From the human T2T-CHM13v2.0 reference genome, Homo sapiens: DNA of 64,000 nt. Each line of letters starts with the position of its first letter. Position 1 is the first letter of the stretch. A program made the translations under genes and the position numbers. The notes under the pieces are model-generated. The model made no database searches. It saw nothing but the letters and a program-made list of their open reading frames with translations, and had not been told where the DNA came from. Positions 52,815 to 64,000 of the stretch are shown here, one piece after another. Location of the stretch: assembly GCF_009914755.1 (NCBI RefSeq), contig NC_060927.1, one strand, 5' to 3'.

Positions 52815-55609
52815 TGTTGAGGGTTTTAAAGGATTTTTAGATTTTTAAAATTCACTGAAGAAAAATGAAATTCCCTTCAGGTATTATTATCAAAAATAAA
52901 ACTTCATTTACCCTTTTGTCATTTTTTAGTGGCATGAATTCAGACTTTTGCCAGAATAGGGCCCCTTCTTATATAGACAGATGAAAAAAAATCTATTATC
53001 ATTCTTTGTGAAAATTCAATGAACTAGATATATAGTTCTTTTCTTAATAGAGCAGAAATAGTAAGTAACCCTTTAGATGTGTGACTGGCAAACATTGAAA
53101 GACTGTCAATTATACACATCCTTACTTGGGCATGTAGTTTTGAGGTATTTGCAATTTTACATCTTTTTTCAGGCTAAACCAAACGGAAAACAAAACAAAA
53201 CTCTTCTATTTCACATAAGAAAAGTCTGAAACAGAAGAAATAATCTTGGACTGTGGAAATATAAATTCAAAATGATGAAAATTTTTTCAAACAAATAAGA
53301 AATTAAAAATTATGACTTTTAATTAAGGCTGAGTTTTCCAAAAGCATAGTCTTACAGATGAGTATGATACATATGTTAAATTGTTTCTGCTAAACCTTTA
53401 GTCATTAATAAAATATTCTTGCATTTTTTTCTGGTCAGGTTCCATTTTGTTTACAAATAGGTTTTTGAGGGTGGTATGCCTCAATTATAGGAGCAGATTT
53501 ATTATGATAAATACTGAGATCAGAAAGCATGTGCAACTGCATCATAGAGTGATTACATCTAGGCATTATTGCCAGCCAAGTTTGATAAATATGCCCAATA
53601 AGTATAATTGTTCTCTGTGTCAGCCCTTGTTGAAGGAATACTCACAGCAATGGTGATACTGCTATCATAGCTACCATTAAATTACTCATTGTGAGTGGTT
53701 GTCCCGCTTTCCTCAGGTTTTCTTCCACCAGCTGTGACAGCTTCTTGATCTGTCCCCAGGTGGGTGGCTGTGTTCGACAGGTGTTGCTTGTGACAGTTGG
53801 GGTCCTCCTCAGCGTCAGTCTCGACATGGCTGCAACCGAGGGGTCCTCGGGATCCTCCCAGAATCTCTTCCTTGGCATCTGGCTTATGAAAAAGTTTCAG
53901 GTGTCTTGATGGTATCCAAATTGGCTGTTGATTTTGGCCTGGAGAAACACAAGCATAACCTCTACTCCAAGTTATTATTTTACCTATTTCCCAACTTTTT
54001 GTTATCAGATCTCCCCACCAAATCAGTTGTTCTGCTTCTCTTTGCAGCTGGTTTCTGTAGATGCTGTTCAGCTGCTGATAACATCTGGCCTTTGGGCAGG
54101 CTCAAAAAATTTAGTTAATAATGCCAGATTCAGTTGTATCTGCAGTGTTCCATATTCTCTATTTCCCCCTTTCTGCTTTTGCAACTGCTCTTTTAAGGAA
54201 AGATTCATTCTTTCCACTATGGCTTGTCCTTGAGAATTGTATGGGATACCAGCAATGTGTTTAATATTCCACATGGAGAAAAATGTAGCTAGAGCTTGGC
54301 TAGTATAGCCTGGGGCATTATCTGTTTTAGTAGAGGCTGGAATGCCCATCACCACAAAACACTGCAAAAGGTGATGTTTAACACAGGCAGAGACTCTTCT
54401 GATTGGCATGTAGCCCAAAGTGAAAAAAGGTGTCCACACATACATGTGCATATGCTAGTCTCCCAAATGAGAGAATATGTGTGACATCCGTTTGCCAAAG
54501 AGAGTTAGGTTCCAATCCTCGAGGATTAACTCCTCCTGTAAAAGATGAAGAATGTACCATTTGGTAAGTTGGGCATCACTGGATAATATTTTTAGCTTCT
54601 TTCCAGGTAATGCTGTATCTGCATTTGAGACCAGAGGCATTAACATGGGTTAAATTGTGAAAGTGTCTAGCATTAGATATTGCATTAGCAACTAGGTGAT
54701 CAGCCATTTGATTCCCTTCAGTCAAAGGTCCTGGAAGAGGTATATGAGCCCTAATGTGAGTGATGTAAAAAGGGTGCATTCTACTTCTAACTGCTGTTTG
54801 CAATTGGGTAAATAAAGTCATCGGTTGTTCATCTGTATGAAATTGTAACTGAGCATTTTCAATTAACTGTGTGGAATGAACCACATATGAAGAATCAGAA
54901 ATCACATTAATAGGCATAGCAAAAGCAGTCAATACCTCAATTACAGCTACAAGCTCCGCTTTTTGAGCTGAAGTATAGGGTGTCTGGAAAACTTTACTTT
55001 TCGATCCAGAATAAGAAGCTTTACCATTACTAGACCCATCTGTGAAACAATGAAAATACTTAGCAGGCTGCAGGTTGTTTACTGCAGGAATTGTAAATGC
55101 AAACCGTTCACATTCTTGCTCAGCTAAGGGGATAGTAAAGAAACGGTCTTTTAAATCTATGACTATTAAAGGCCAATTTTTAGGAATTATAGCAGGAGAA
55201 GGCAATCCTGGCTGTAATGCTCCCATAGGTTGTATAACTGAACTGATGACTGTTAAATCAGTTAACATTCTCCATTTACCTGATTTTTTCTTAATTACGA
55301 AAACTGCAGAATTCCAAGGCGAAAATGTTGGAGCTATGTGCCCATTTTCTAATTGTTCAGTAACTAATTCCTCTAACGCCTCCAGTTTCTCTTTACTTAG
55401 CGGCCATTGTTCTATCCAAATTGGCTTATCTGTTAATCATTTTAAAGGTATAGGTTCTGGACGCTTAACAATGGCCGCCATCAAGAATGATATCCTAATA
55501 TTTGGTGGGAACATCGTCTTTCCACTTGAAGCGGTACTTTCAAAGCTTGCAAATTTTTTTCTAGTCCCATACCAGGGACATACCCCATTTCATGCATTAT
55601 ATGTTGACT

Positions 55610-56266
55610 TTAAGGGCTATATAATTGTTCTGGAATTAGAACTTGTGCTCCCCATTGCTGTAATAAATCTCTTCCCCATAAATTTATAGGTACAGAAATT
55701 ATAATTGGTTGAATAGTCCCAGGTTGTCCATCGGGCCCTTCACAATGCAAAATATAACTACTTTGATATACATCAGGGGCTTTACCAACTCCAACTATGT
55801 TAAATTGAGCAGGTTGAATTGGCCATGCAGACAGCCAGTGCTGTAGAGAAATGATTGAAATGTCCACTCCTGTATCTACCAAACCTTTAAATTTCTTTCC
55901 CTGAATAGTTATTTCACAGGTAGGACGTTTATCAGTAATTTGATTTACCCAATAAGCAGCTTTGCCTTGTTTATTTGTGCTTCCAAATCCTCCTGTTCGT
56001 TTAATTTTACTTTTTCCGATTCCCACATACGGCACAATCAGGAGCTGTGCCATGTGCTCTCCTGGCTCTGCCTTCCAGGGAACAGAAGTAGATATAACAA
56101 TTTGAATTTCCCCATTGTAATCTGAGTCAGTGACTCCTGTATGTATTTGTACCCGTTTTAAACTTAAACTAGACCTTTCTAAAAGTAATCCTATTGTCCC
56201 CGCTGGCAAGGATCCACAGACTCCTGTTGGGACCTTTTGTGGGGGTTCCCCAGGCAGAAGGCTCAC
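55610..56266 (-). pseudogene. HERV dUTPase-protease reading frame, open for 218 codons
   Basis: dUTPase motifs (GVTDSDYNGEI, RTGGFGST) and aspartyl protease DTG/GRDLL motifs. Conserved dUTPase positions look altered (LLERSS, GVTDSD). Confidence 0.8.
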
Positions 56267-57278
56267 AGCTTTTGTGCAGCATAAATCTACTGCAGCACTA
56301 CCGGCTGTGGTGGGGGACAGATATTGTACAGGGGTGAGGGAATGGCCTGAGCTGGAAATGCCCCAGTTTAGAACAGCGCCCAGGATGGGCCCCTCATGGC
56401 TTTTCCCAAAATCGGGTTCCCATCTTTATCAAACCTAGAGTGACACTGCTTAGCCCAATGTTTTCCTTTTTTACATTTTAGACATATTTCAGGCTCAGCA
56501 GTTTTCTTTTTTCCCTTATCTGGCGGCCTGACTTGCTGGTTTTTTCTACATTCTTTTTTAGTATGACCATGCTTCCCACAGTTAAAACAAGCCCCAGGAA
56601 ATGAGTATTTCCTTTATCCACTCTCAGTCCTGCCATTGCCTGTGCCAACAAAGTAGCTTTATGCAGATTACCTCCAATACCATCACAGGCCTTGATATAA
56701 TCAACTAAATGTGCTTTCCTGAATTTAAAAGGAAAAGGCTCAAATGTAGCTATAATATTTCCCTGCTGATCTGGGGGCTGTATTCTAACAGGGAACTGCC
56801 AAGCCTCTAAATCACCCTCTCTTCTAGCTTGCTGAATTCCTACCTGAATAAAACTAAGAGTGGTCGCTCGAGGCACTGCTCGAACAGACACTGGGGCAAC
56901 TACTTTTCACCCAGTGTCCTCCGGAAAAGAAAGATCTGGAGGGTCAGGCCACTCTTTTTCTTCAAAATAATAATGAGGGGGTGCAGAAGGGTAGGGATGA
57001 ACCTCTCCCTCCTTTTCCACTTTAGTTTTAGCTGGCAAATAAGCCTGGTCTGTAACCTCTTCTGTACTTCATTATACTCTCCTTCCTCCTCCTCATCAGT
57101 GTGAAAAAGTTCCAAGGTGGAATGAACCAGACCCCACACTTGTCCCATTGTTACCCTGATGCTTCTGAGCTCCCCTTCTTACTCACCATGGGGATTGCTT
57201 TAAGAGTACTCGGGTGTCCTCCAGCTAGTTCCATGTTCTCCAACCATTGCTCCAGTGACCCTTCAACCTGGATTCAAG

Positions 57279-57296
57279 CCCCCATGATGGATGCCA
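57279..57296 (-). promoter_or_regulatory. Degenerate tRNA-Lys primer binding site
   Basis: The minus strand reads tggcatccatcatggggg 2 nt after the LTR end, compared with TGGCGCCCAACGTGGGGC. Confidence 0.7.
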
Positions 57297-57298
57297 CT

Positions 57299-57807
57299 TG
57301 CTGAGACCAGCTCGGTTGGGGAGACCCTAACTCAGTGGCACTAGAGGAATTAAAGACACACACACAGAAATATAGAGGTGTGAAGAAGGAAATCAGGGAT
57401 CTCATAGCCTTCAGAGCTGAGAGCCCTGAACAGAGATTTACCCACGTATTTATCAACAGCAAGCCAGTCATTAGCATTGTTTCTATATTAAATTAACTAA
57501 AAGTATCCCTTATGGGAAATGAAGGGATGGGCTGAATTAAAGGAATAAGTTGGGCTAGTTAACAGCAGCAGGAGCATGTCCTTAAGGCACAGATTGCTCA
57601 TGCTATTGTTTGTGGCTTAAGAATACCTTTAAGCAGTTTTCGGCCCTGGGAGGGCCAGGTGTTCCTTGCCCTCATTCTGGTAAACCCACAACCTTCCAGC
57701 GTGGGCGTTACGGCCATCATGAACATGTCACAGTGCTGCAGAGATTTTGTTTATGGCTAGTTTTGGGGCCAGTTTATGGCCAGATTTTGGGGGGCCTGTT
57801 TCCAACA
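57299..57807 (-). mobile_element. MER9-type 5' LTR (509 bp)
   Basis: The minus strand begins tgttggaaacaggccccccaaaatctggccataaactggccccaaaact and ends ctcagca (TG...CA termini). Confidence 0.9.
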
Positions 57808-57824
57808 CCTATCACTTTTGTCTG

Positions 57825-57950
57825 CATCAAAATCACTTGAAGCATTCATTACAACACAGATTACTGGGCCCTGCCCCCAAAGTTTCTGATTCAGTAGGTC
57901 TGAGGGAGGGTCTGAGAATTTGCATTTTTAGCAAGTTCCCAGATGTGCTG
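57825..57950. mobile_element. MER5A-like hAT MITE fragment
   Basis: cagattactgggccctgccccc...tgattcagtaggtctg...gaatttgcatttttagcaagttcccag. Confidence 0.75.
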
Positions 57951-58958
57951 AGTCTACAAAAATGAAACCTTACTTGTCCCTTTTGTCTACTGATGCACAG
58001 GGTTCTGCTCCCAGAAGGCCCTCTGCTCTTAAAGTCTTAAAATTCTTAATAATTTTATCTTTTGATGTATGCTTTGTAAGTAAAGACCAATGAGACAATG
58101 GAGCATGCACCAGGGGCTTGAAGCCTCTGCTCATGAGCAGTCTGCCTCCCACCTACCTCTCACCCAGGCGATGACTTAGTTTGTCGGGAGAGAGGCATTC
58201 CACTTTCACTTTCCACTGCTTTTGGGGCCTGGAGTATACATAGAGGTGGTCGGGGTCAGGCACATGCCTGGTGACATTTTGGGGCATGGAAGCAGCCATC
58301 CTTATCCTGAGTTGGTAGTACTTGGTGACTCTAGCATGTGATCGGCCAACCAGAGGCCATGTCTCAGATTGAGAGTCTTAACCAGTCCTGTTCCAGGTAG
58401 CTAGCACTTCCTAGCAAACAGTTTTAAAGACTTTCTGGGAGTCACCCCTCTTCTATGGTTTGAGGTGGCAGGATGGGGTCTTATTGCTGTAAAGAGGAGA
58501 AACTTAGCAGCCATCAGACTCAAATGTACTTAAGTAACTGAAGTCATGTGGTGAGACCCTCAGATGCCTGTGAAAGTCTGCAGTCATCTTGCAAGCATTC
58601 TCAAGCTGCAAGAGATATCCCCATACCTAAGAATGTGCTCCCTCAGGTCTGGTCTGGACTTGAATGACCCTGTCTTCCACCTTCCAACCTTCCTGAGACT
58701 GACTGGTTTGTCTCTTCTGGCCAACTCCCTGTGAATAATCATTTCATAGCTCTGGAGACTAGCTATTGTGTTTTTGCTACAGTTCAAAATAGAGGTTAAA
58801 TGTTCTTATATAGAATATTATGAATAATAAAAAAAGTTAACTTTCCTTTACATAGAACATAAATAGCAAATATAAAAACACTAAAGAGATAGACCACAGA
58901 AGAAAGAAAAAAGCTTTATAATTTGCAACCTTCAATGGTACCTCTTCTCCCAATTTTT

Positions 58959-59942
58959 TTTTTATATGTTTTGCTCATTTATATGAAATCCAAGAGCAGG
59001 CAGTATTAACATATGACAGAATAAATGACAGCAATGGTTGCCCCCTGAGAGGCTGCCTGGCTGCATGTGTTCAGTATGCGGGTTCACAGGCAGTATATGC
59101 ATTGCTCTGTTCATTTTTCAAATAACAAATCAGTTTTTAGCTGTGTGTCTCCCTTCAAATCTCCACTGTTTCTTCCGAATTCTGTAGGGCACCACGATTG
59201 CTTTCCTAACCTCTAGGAGCATCCCCTACCTACTATTGCAACTAGCACTTGTGGAAGTCAGTGTGGCGATTCCTCAGGGATCTAGAACTAGAAATACCAT
59301 TTGACCCAGCCATCCCATTACTGGGTATATACCCAAAGGACTATAAATCATGCTGCTATAAAGACACATGCACACGTATGTTTATTGTGGCACTATTCAC
59401 AATAGCAAAGACTTGGAACCAACCCAAATGTCCAACAATGATAGTCTGGATTAAGAAAATGTGGCACATATACACCATGGAATACTATACAGCCATAAAA
59501 AATGATGAGTTCATGTCCTTTGTAGGGACATGGATGAAATTGGAAACCATCATTCTCAGTAAACTATCGCAAGAACAAAAAACCAAACACCGCATATTCT
59601 CACTCATAGGTGGGAATTGAACAATGAGATCACATGGACACAGGAAGGGGAATATCACACTCTGGGGACTGTGGTGGGGTCGGGGGAGGGGGGAGGGATA
59701 GCATTGGGAGATATACCTAATGCTAGATGACACGTTAGTGGGTGCAGCGCACCAGCATGGCACATGTATACATATGTAACTAACCTGCACAATGTGCACA
59801 TGTACCCTAAAACTTAGAGTATAATAAAAAAAAAAAAAAAGGAATTAGATTTACAGTGACAAAGAGAATGGTGGAGGACAATGAGCACATAAGAGATTTC
59901 AAATAAAACCTTGAAGACAAAAAGTGGTCAGAAAAGTGCTAG
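58959..59942 (-). mobile_element. Complex L1HS (pre-Ta) insertion: twin-primed, with a 3' transduction; the L1 moiety (59249-59840) reads on +
   Basis: TSD ttctcccaattttt at 58945-58958 and 59943-59956. The 3'UTR has gatgacACGttagtggg and aaaacttaGagtataa, diagnostic of L1HS pre-Ta. Confidence 0.9.
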
Positions 59943-60094
59943 TTCTCCCAATTTTTGAACAAAAAGTCCCCCATAATTTGTAGGCCTAGTGCATTTTCAT
60001 TTTGTGCTAGGCCCACAAATTGTGTAGCTGATCTTGAGTATATAAGATAAAATAGAAGTTTAAAAATCCATAATTAAGACTGAACTGGAGTAGT

Positions 60095-62530
60095 CAGGAA
60101 GTTAATAAATGTTTATTGAGCACATGACATGTCCAGATATTATAATAAGCACTGAAGATAAAGTAATGACGAAGTCATACGAAGTTTCTGTCCTCAAAGA
60201 GCTTACATTCTAGATAGGAATTGAGAAGTTCCGTGGAAGTTGAGAGACAATTAAAGTTTAAACAATGTATGTAAGGGAAAAGGAAAGCAAATATCTCAGG
60301 CTCCTTAAGACTCCAACTTTAATATAATTCTTCAGCCTCACTGGAACCTTAATCTATTGATCCTACCATTTTCATTGTCATTCACCCCCTTCATGTTCCC
60401 CCTTTCTAACTTTAATTTCACAGTCAAGCTCTATAATGCTTTTCTTTCATGCATTGTCAACTCTCTTGCCTCCTTTTTGCTTTGTTTGCTTTGTCATACT
60501 TATTCAGCTTAATCTCAAACCTGATTAAATTCAACTCTACCTATCCTATTTCTAGACCCATGTAGCTGAATATGGCTAGAGAAAAATACATAACCACACT
60601 AAAGTGTCTCATTTTACCATAAATCATCACTAACTTCAAGTGGGCTCTTATGCTGCTAGGTAATCATACTATATTTTCCTAGTCCTTGCCCCTGCACTCC
60701 TGGACAACAATTGCATATTTTCTTGTTTATCCTTTTGGTTGTGTGTGTATGTGTGTGTGTTTTGTTTTGTTTTGGTATAGATGAGGTCTCACTCTGTCAC
60801 CCAGGCTGTAGTGCAATGGTGCAATCATAGCTCACTGTCGCCCTGAACTACTAGACTCAAACGATCCTCCCATCTCAGCCACCTGAGTAGCTGGGACTAC
60901 AGGCATGCCATCATGCCTGGCTAACAATTACGTATTTTCTCTAGTCTCTTTAAATCTCCAAAACTTGCTTTTCTGTCTTCAATCTCAGCAATCACCATGT
61001 GTCCTCTTTTATTGAGAAAATTGAAACAATCAGATAAAAACTTCAACAGCTATCATCACATCTACCAACCTATCTGCTTGTATCTTCATGGCCTGCATAT
61101 TCTCTCCTGTTACAGTTACTAAACTAAGCTTCTAACTAGGTGATTCATTTAACAGAATCATTCTATCTCCTGGCCTATCCTAAAGGGAATCAAGGTTGGA
61201 AGCAGGGAGAGCAGTGAAGAGGTTAATACAATAGTCTGGATGAAAAATGGATAGAGGCTTGTGTGAACTGTGTGGTAGTTATTCACTATATTCCACTTAT
61301 ACTCTAGACTCTGTTTGTACACTAGACTCCACTTATATACTAGACTTTACCTGCTTTCACCTACTTCAGAAAGTCAATCCAGCAATTTTTCCTTTGTTTC
61401 CTTTATAATAAATGTTTTTCTTTCTACTGAATCATTATATAAATATATTGTTATATCTTCCATTAAAAAAGAGAAACAATGGGTTCTAGGCTGTATTAGT
61501 CATGGGCAATATAGTAGTGAATAAAACAGACAAAAGTCTTTGCCTTCATAAAACTTACTTTCTATGGTAGAGATAGATAATATGTGTGATAAATAAGTAA
61601 TTATATGGGATATTAGACACTAATAAGTACTAAGGAAAAAATTAGAGCAGAAAAGGAGATAGGAATTCTTGGTCATTTCTCAGGAAACATCTTATTTGAC
61701 ATATCAGCAACGTATTACACAGGCTACCATTCCTACCTTAAAACACTTCAAATTCTAGAGTGCTATTTTCACCTGATTTTCTTCCTACCTTCTAGCTATT
61801 CCTTCTCAATCTCTTTAGCTTGTTCCTCCTCCATTTCAGTGGACTTAAACCAGAATGCCCCAAGACTGATTCTTTGAAACTTTTCTCTTTATATTGAAGC
61901 ACTAGATGAATTCAGCCAGCTTCATGCCTTTAAATGTCTGATGGATCATACATTTATATTTATAGTCTGGACCTCTCCACAAATTCCTAACATATATCCA
62001 GCTATTTGATATCCATTTGGATGTTTAGTAAGTATCCCAAACTTAACATGTTCAAACCTGAGCTCCTGGTATTCCTCTCATTCCTCTCACACTTTTCTAC
62101 ATCTATTAATGACAATTCCATTCTTCCAGTTTCTCAGGTCAAAAACACTGGAATCACCCTTGACCCCCATATTTCTTTCATACCCTAAATCCAATTTGTT
62201 AACAAATCCTGCTGGCACAACCTTTACAATACACTCAGATTCTGACATTGCTCACCATCTGTACTATTACCACACAGTTCAACCAAGCCTCTATCCATTT
62301 TTCACGCACACTAATACACTAACCTCTTCACTGCTCTCCCTGCTTCCAGCCTTGGTTCCCTTTAGGATACACCCAGGAGGTAGGGTGATTCTGTTACATG
62401 AAAGTTAGATTACATCACTTCCATTCTCAAAATCCTTCCATCTCACGCCAAGTAAAAGTCTAGGTCTTTACCATGTCCTGAAAGAACCAACATGATGTGG
62501 CTCTACTTTATCTCTCTGATCTTACCTCCT
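60095..62530. mobile_element. Composite of L2 fragments in both orientations, with an Alu right-monomer/AluJ piece at ~60760-60925 (-)
   Basis: aaatgtttattgagcac (antisense L2 end); pyrimidine-rich L2 body, e.g. ccaaacttaacatgttcaaacctgagctcc and gattacatcacttccattctcaaaatccttcca. Confidence 0.65.
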
Positions 62531-62549
62531 ATGAATCTTCTTGGCATTC

Positions 62550-62755
62550 TAGAAAGTCAAGACCTATAAAGAATCTGAGATTTTATTCTACTTGTAAGCT
62601 AATAAAGTTAGGTTGCCAGTTTCGATGCTGATAGAAGACATGAAACTCCTGGCTCAGGGACAAAGGATAATTTATTATTCACAACAGTCATAGAATATCA
62701 GTATTTTGTGCTGGTTTCCTGAACCCTAATTCCCACAGGATGATGAAAAGAAGCC
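62550..62755. mobile_element. Probable ERVL-type LTR fragment (MER54/MER74-like; family uncertain)
   Basis: aagaatctgagattttattctacttgtaagctaa...gaagacatgaaactcctgg resembles old ERVL LTRs. Confidence 0.4.
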
Positions 62756-62763
62756 TTCCCTTC

Positions 62764-63188
62764 TTTATTAGTTTGCTCAGGCTGCCATAATGAAATACCA
62801 CAGACTCAGTGGCTTAAACAGCAGAAATTTATTTTCTCACAGTTCTGGAGACTGAAACTCTAAGTTCAAGGTGCCAGCAGGGCAGATGTCTAGTGAGGTC
62901 TCTTCCTTTGGGTTGCAGATGGCTGCCTTCTTGCTGTGTGCTCACATGGCCTTTCCTTTGTGTACACATAGGGAGGGGGAGAGAGAGAGAGAGCATGTAC
63001 TCTGGTATCTCTTTTTAAAAGGACACTAATTCTATCAGATTAGAGCCATACCCTTATGATCTCATTTAATCTTAATTATTTCCTTAAAGGCTCCCTCTTC
63101 AAATAGATCCATAGTGGGGGTTGGGCCTTTAACATATGATTTTTTTTACAAGAGGTTGGCAGGGGATGCAAACATTCAGTCTATAACA
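62764..63188 (-). mobile_element. MLT1A-like MaLR solo LTR
   Basis: tattagtttgctcaggctgccataatgaaataccacagact...aacattcagtctataaca. Confidence 0.85.
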
Positions 63189-63234
63189 CTATTTAAAATT
63201 TATCTACCTTTTTTCAAGAATTCCTATCTTCTTT

Positions 63235-63442
63235 TCTGCTCTTTTTCCTTAGTACTCATTACTATCTAATATCCCATATGATTACTTATTTATCAGACAT
63301 ATTATCTATCTCTACCCTAGAAAGTAAGTTTTATGAAGGCAGGGACTTTTGTCTGTTTTATTCACCACTATATTGACTATGACTAAAATAGAGCCTAGAG
63401 CACATAGAATGTACTTGATACTGTATGTATTGATTGAATGAA
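63235..63442 (+). mobile_element. L2 3' end
   Basis: ctagaaagtaagttttatgaaggcagggactttt...ttgattgaatgaa terminus. Confidence 0.7.
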
Positions 63443-64000
63443 GGTTGTAGTCGGCAAGGCTGGTGATTTGGGAAAGCTGGAGTAAAGTACACTCCTAGCC
63501 AGTGAGTTCTTCTTTAAGAGGAAAGTCCTAATTAATTAAGATCTTATTATTGAAGCCCATAAGTTTAAGCATACTTTGTAAGTGTATTTCTGAAGTAGTA
63601 GCTGCTTATAATTTAGATTTACTTGAGTTTTTTCCAGTTGGAAAAGATTAAAGAAAGAATTCTAAACGATTAATAATACATTGTTTGGAAAACTTAAACC
63701 CTGTATAAACCTAATGAACAGAATATAATCAAAGCATTTATGACTAAAAATTAAGAAACAAAGCAGCTGTTTTGGCAAGGGCAGCTTATTGAGAAATTCA
63801 TTTTGATGCTGAAGATTGTATGCAATGAGTATAAGTAAAATGGCTTTCAAAATGTGGATTTCTTGTCTTTTTAACCTACTGTCAGCCATCTCTAAATCAA
63901 GGATGAAAAGATATACTTAGAAAAGTCTTTCTATGGCAGGTAGTTAGGAAAATGTGGTTTTACTGAACAGCAGGATCAATCCTAGGTTAATTTTAATTAA

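Larger units (their letters stand above)
53421..57807 (-). mobile_element. HERV-K(HML-3)/HERVK9 provirus: 5'LTR-gag-pro-pol-partial env; 3' env and 3'LTR missing
   Basis: Gag fragments (56478-57148); dUTPase plus protease (GLVDTGVDISII, INLWGRDLL) at 55610-56266; RT/RNaseH/IN fragments at 54068-55268 ([22 protein letters not shown]); env leader PPTWGQIKKL at 53642-53878. Confidence 0.9.

Noticed and set aside
53421-53431. T7 run at the HERV end as the poly(A) of an L1-mobilised HERV transcript
   Set aside because: The 5' LTR retains U3, no TSD was found, and the run appears to be part of env.

Overview
Mammalian, almost certainly human, intronic DNA: a human-specific pre-Ta L1HS signature is present. 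About 80% of the window is transposable-element derived. The only intact host coding sequence I can support is two phase-1/phase-1 exons of STXBP5L (tomosyn-2) on the + strand (36655-36825 and 39231-39470). Nearly every entry in the ORF track is a decayed L1 ORF1/ORF2 or HERV fragment. Other contents: an ARPC1A processed pseudogene (~14860-15845); two full-length antisense L1PA6-like elements; older L1PB/L1MA/L1M elements; a 3'-truncated HERV-K(HML-3)/MER9 provirus; and MST/MLT LTRs, Alus, MIR, L2, MER5 and Tigger fragments. I see no new gene system. The notable signal is retrotransposition structure that can be read from target-site duplications (TSDs): (i) an L1HS insertion that is both twin-primed and 3'-transducing, with the inversion point inside the transduced DNA; (ii) a full-length L1 with an apparent 185-bp 5' transduction; (iii) an L1-in-L1 nested insertion carrying a ~120-bp 3' transduction; (iv) two further twin-primed L1s; (v) a palindromic AT-rich filler at a ~2.2-kb L1 deletion; (vi) an open, extended ORF0 pointing into the pseudogene and host exons. 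Gene and subfamily names come from recognition of recalled sequences, not from a database search.
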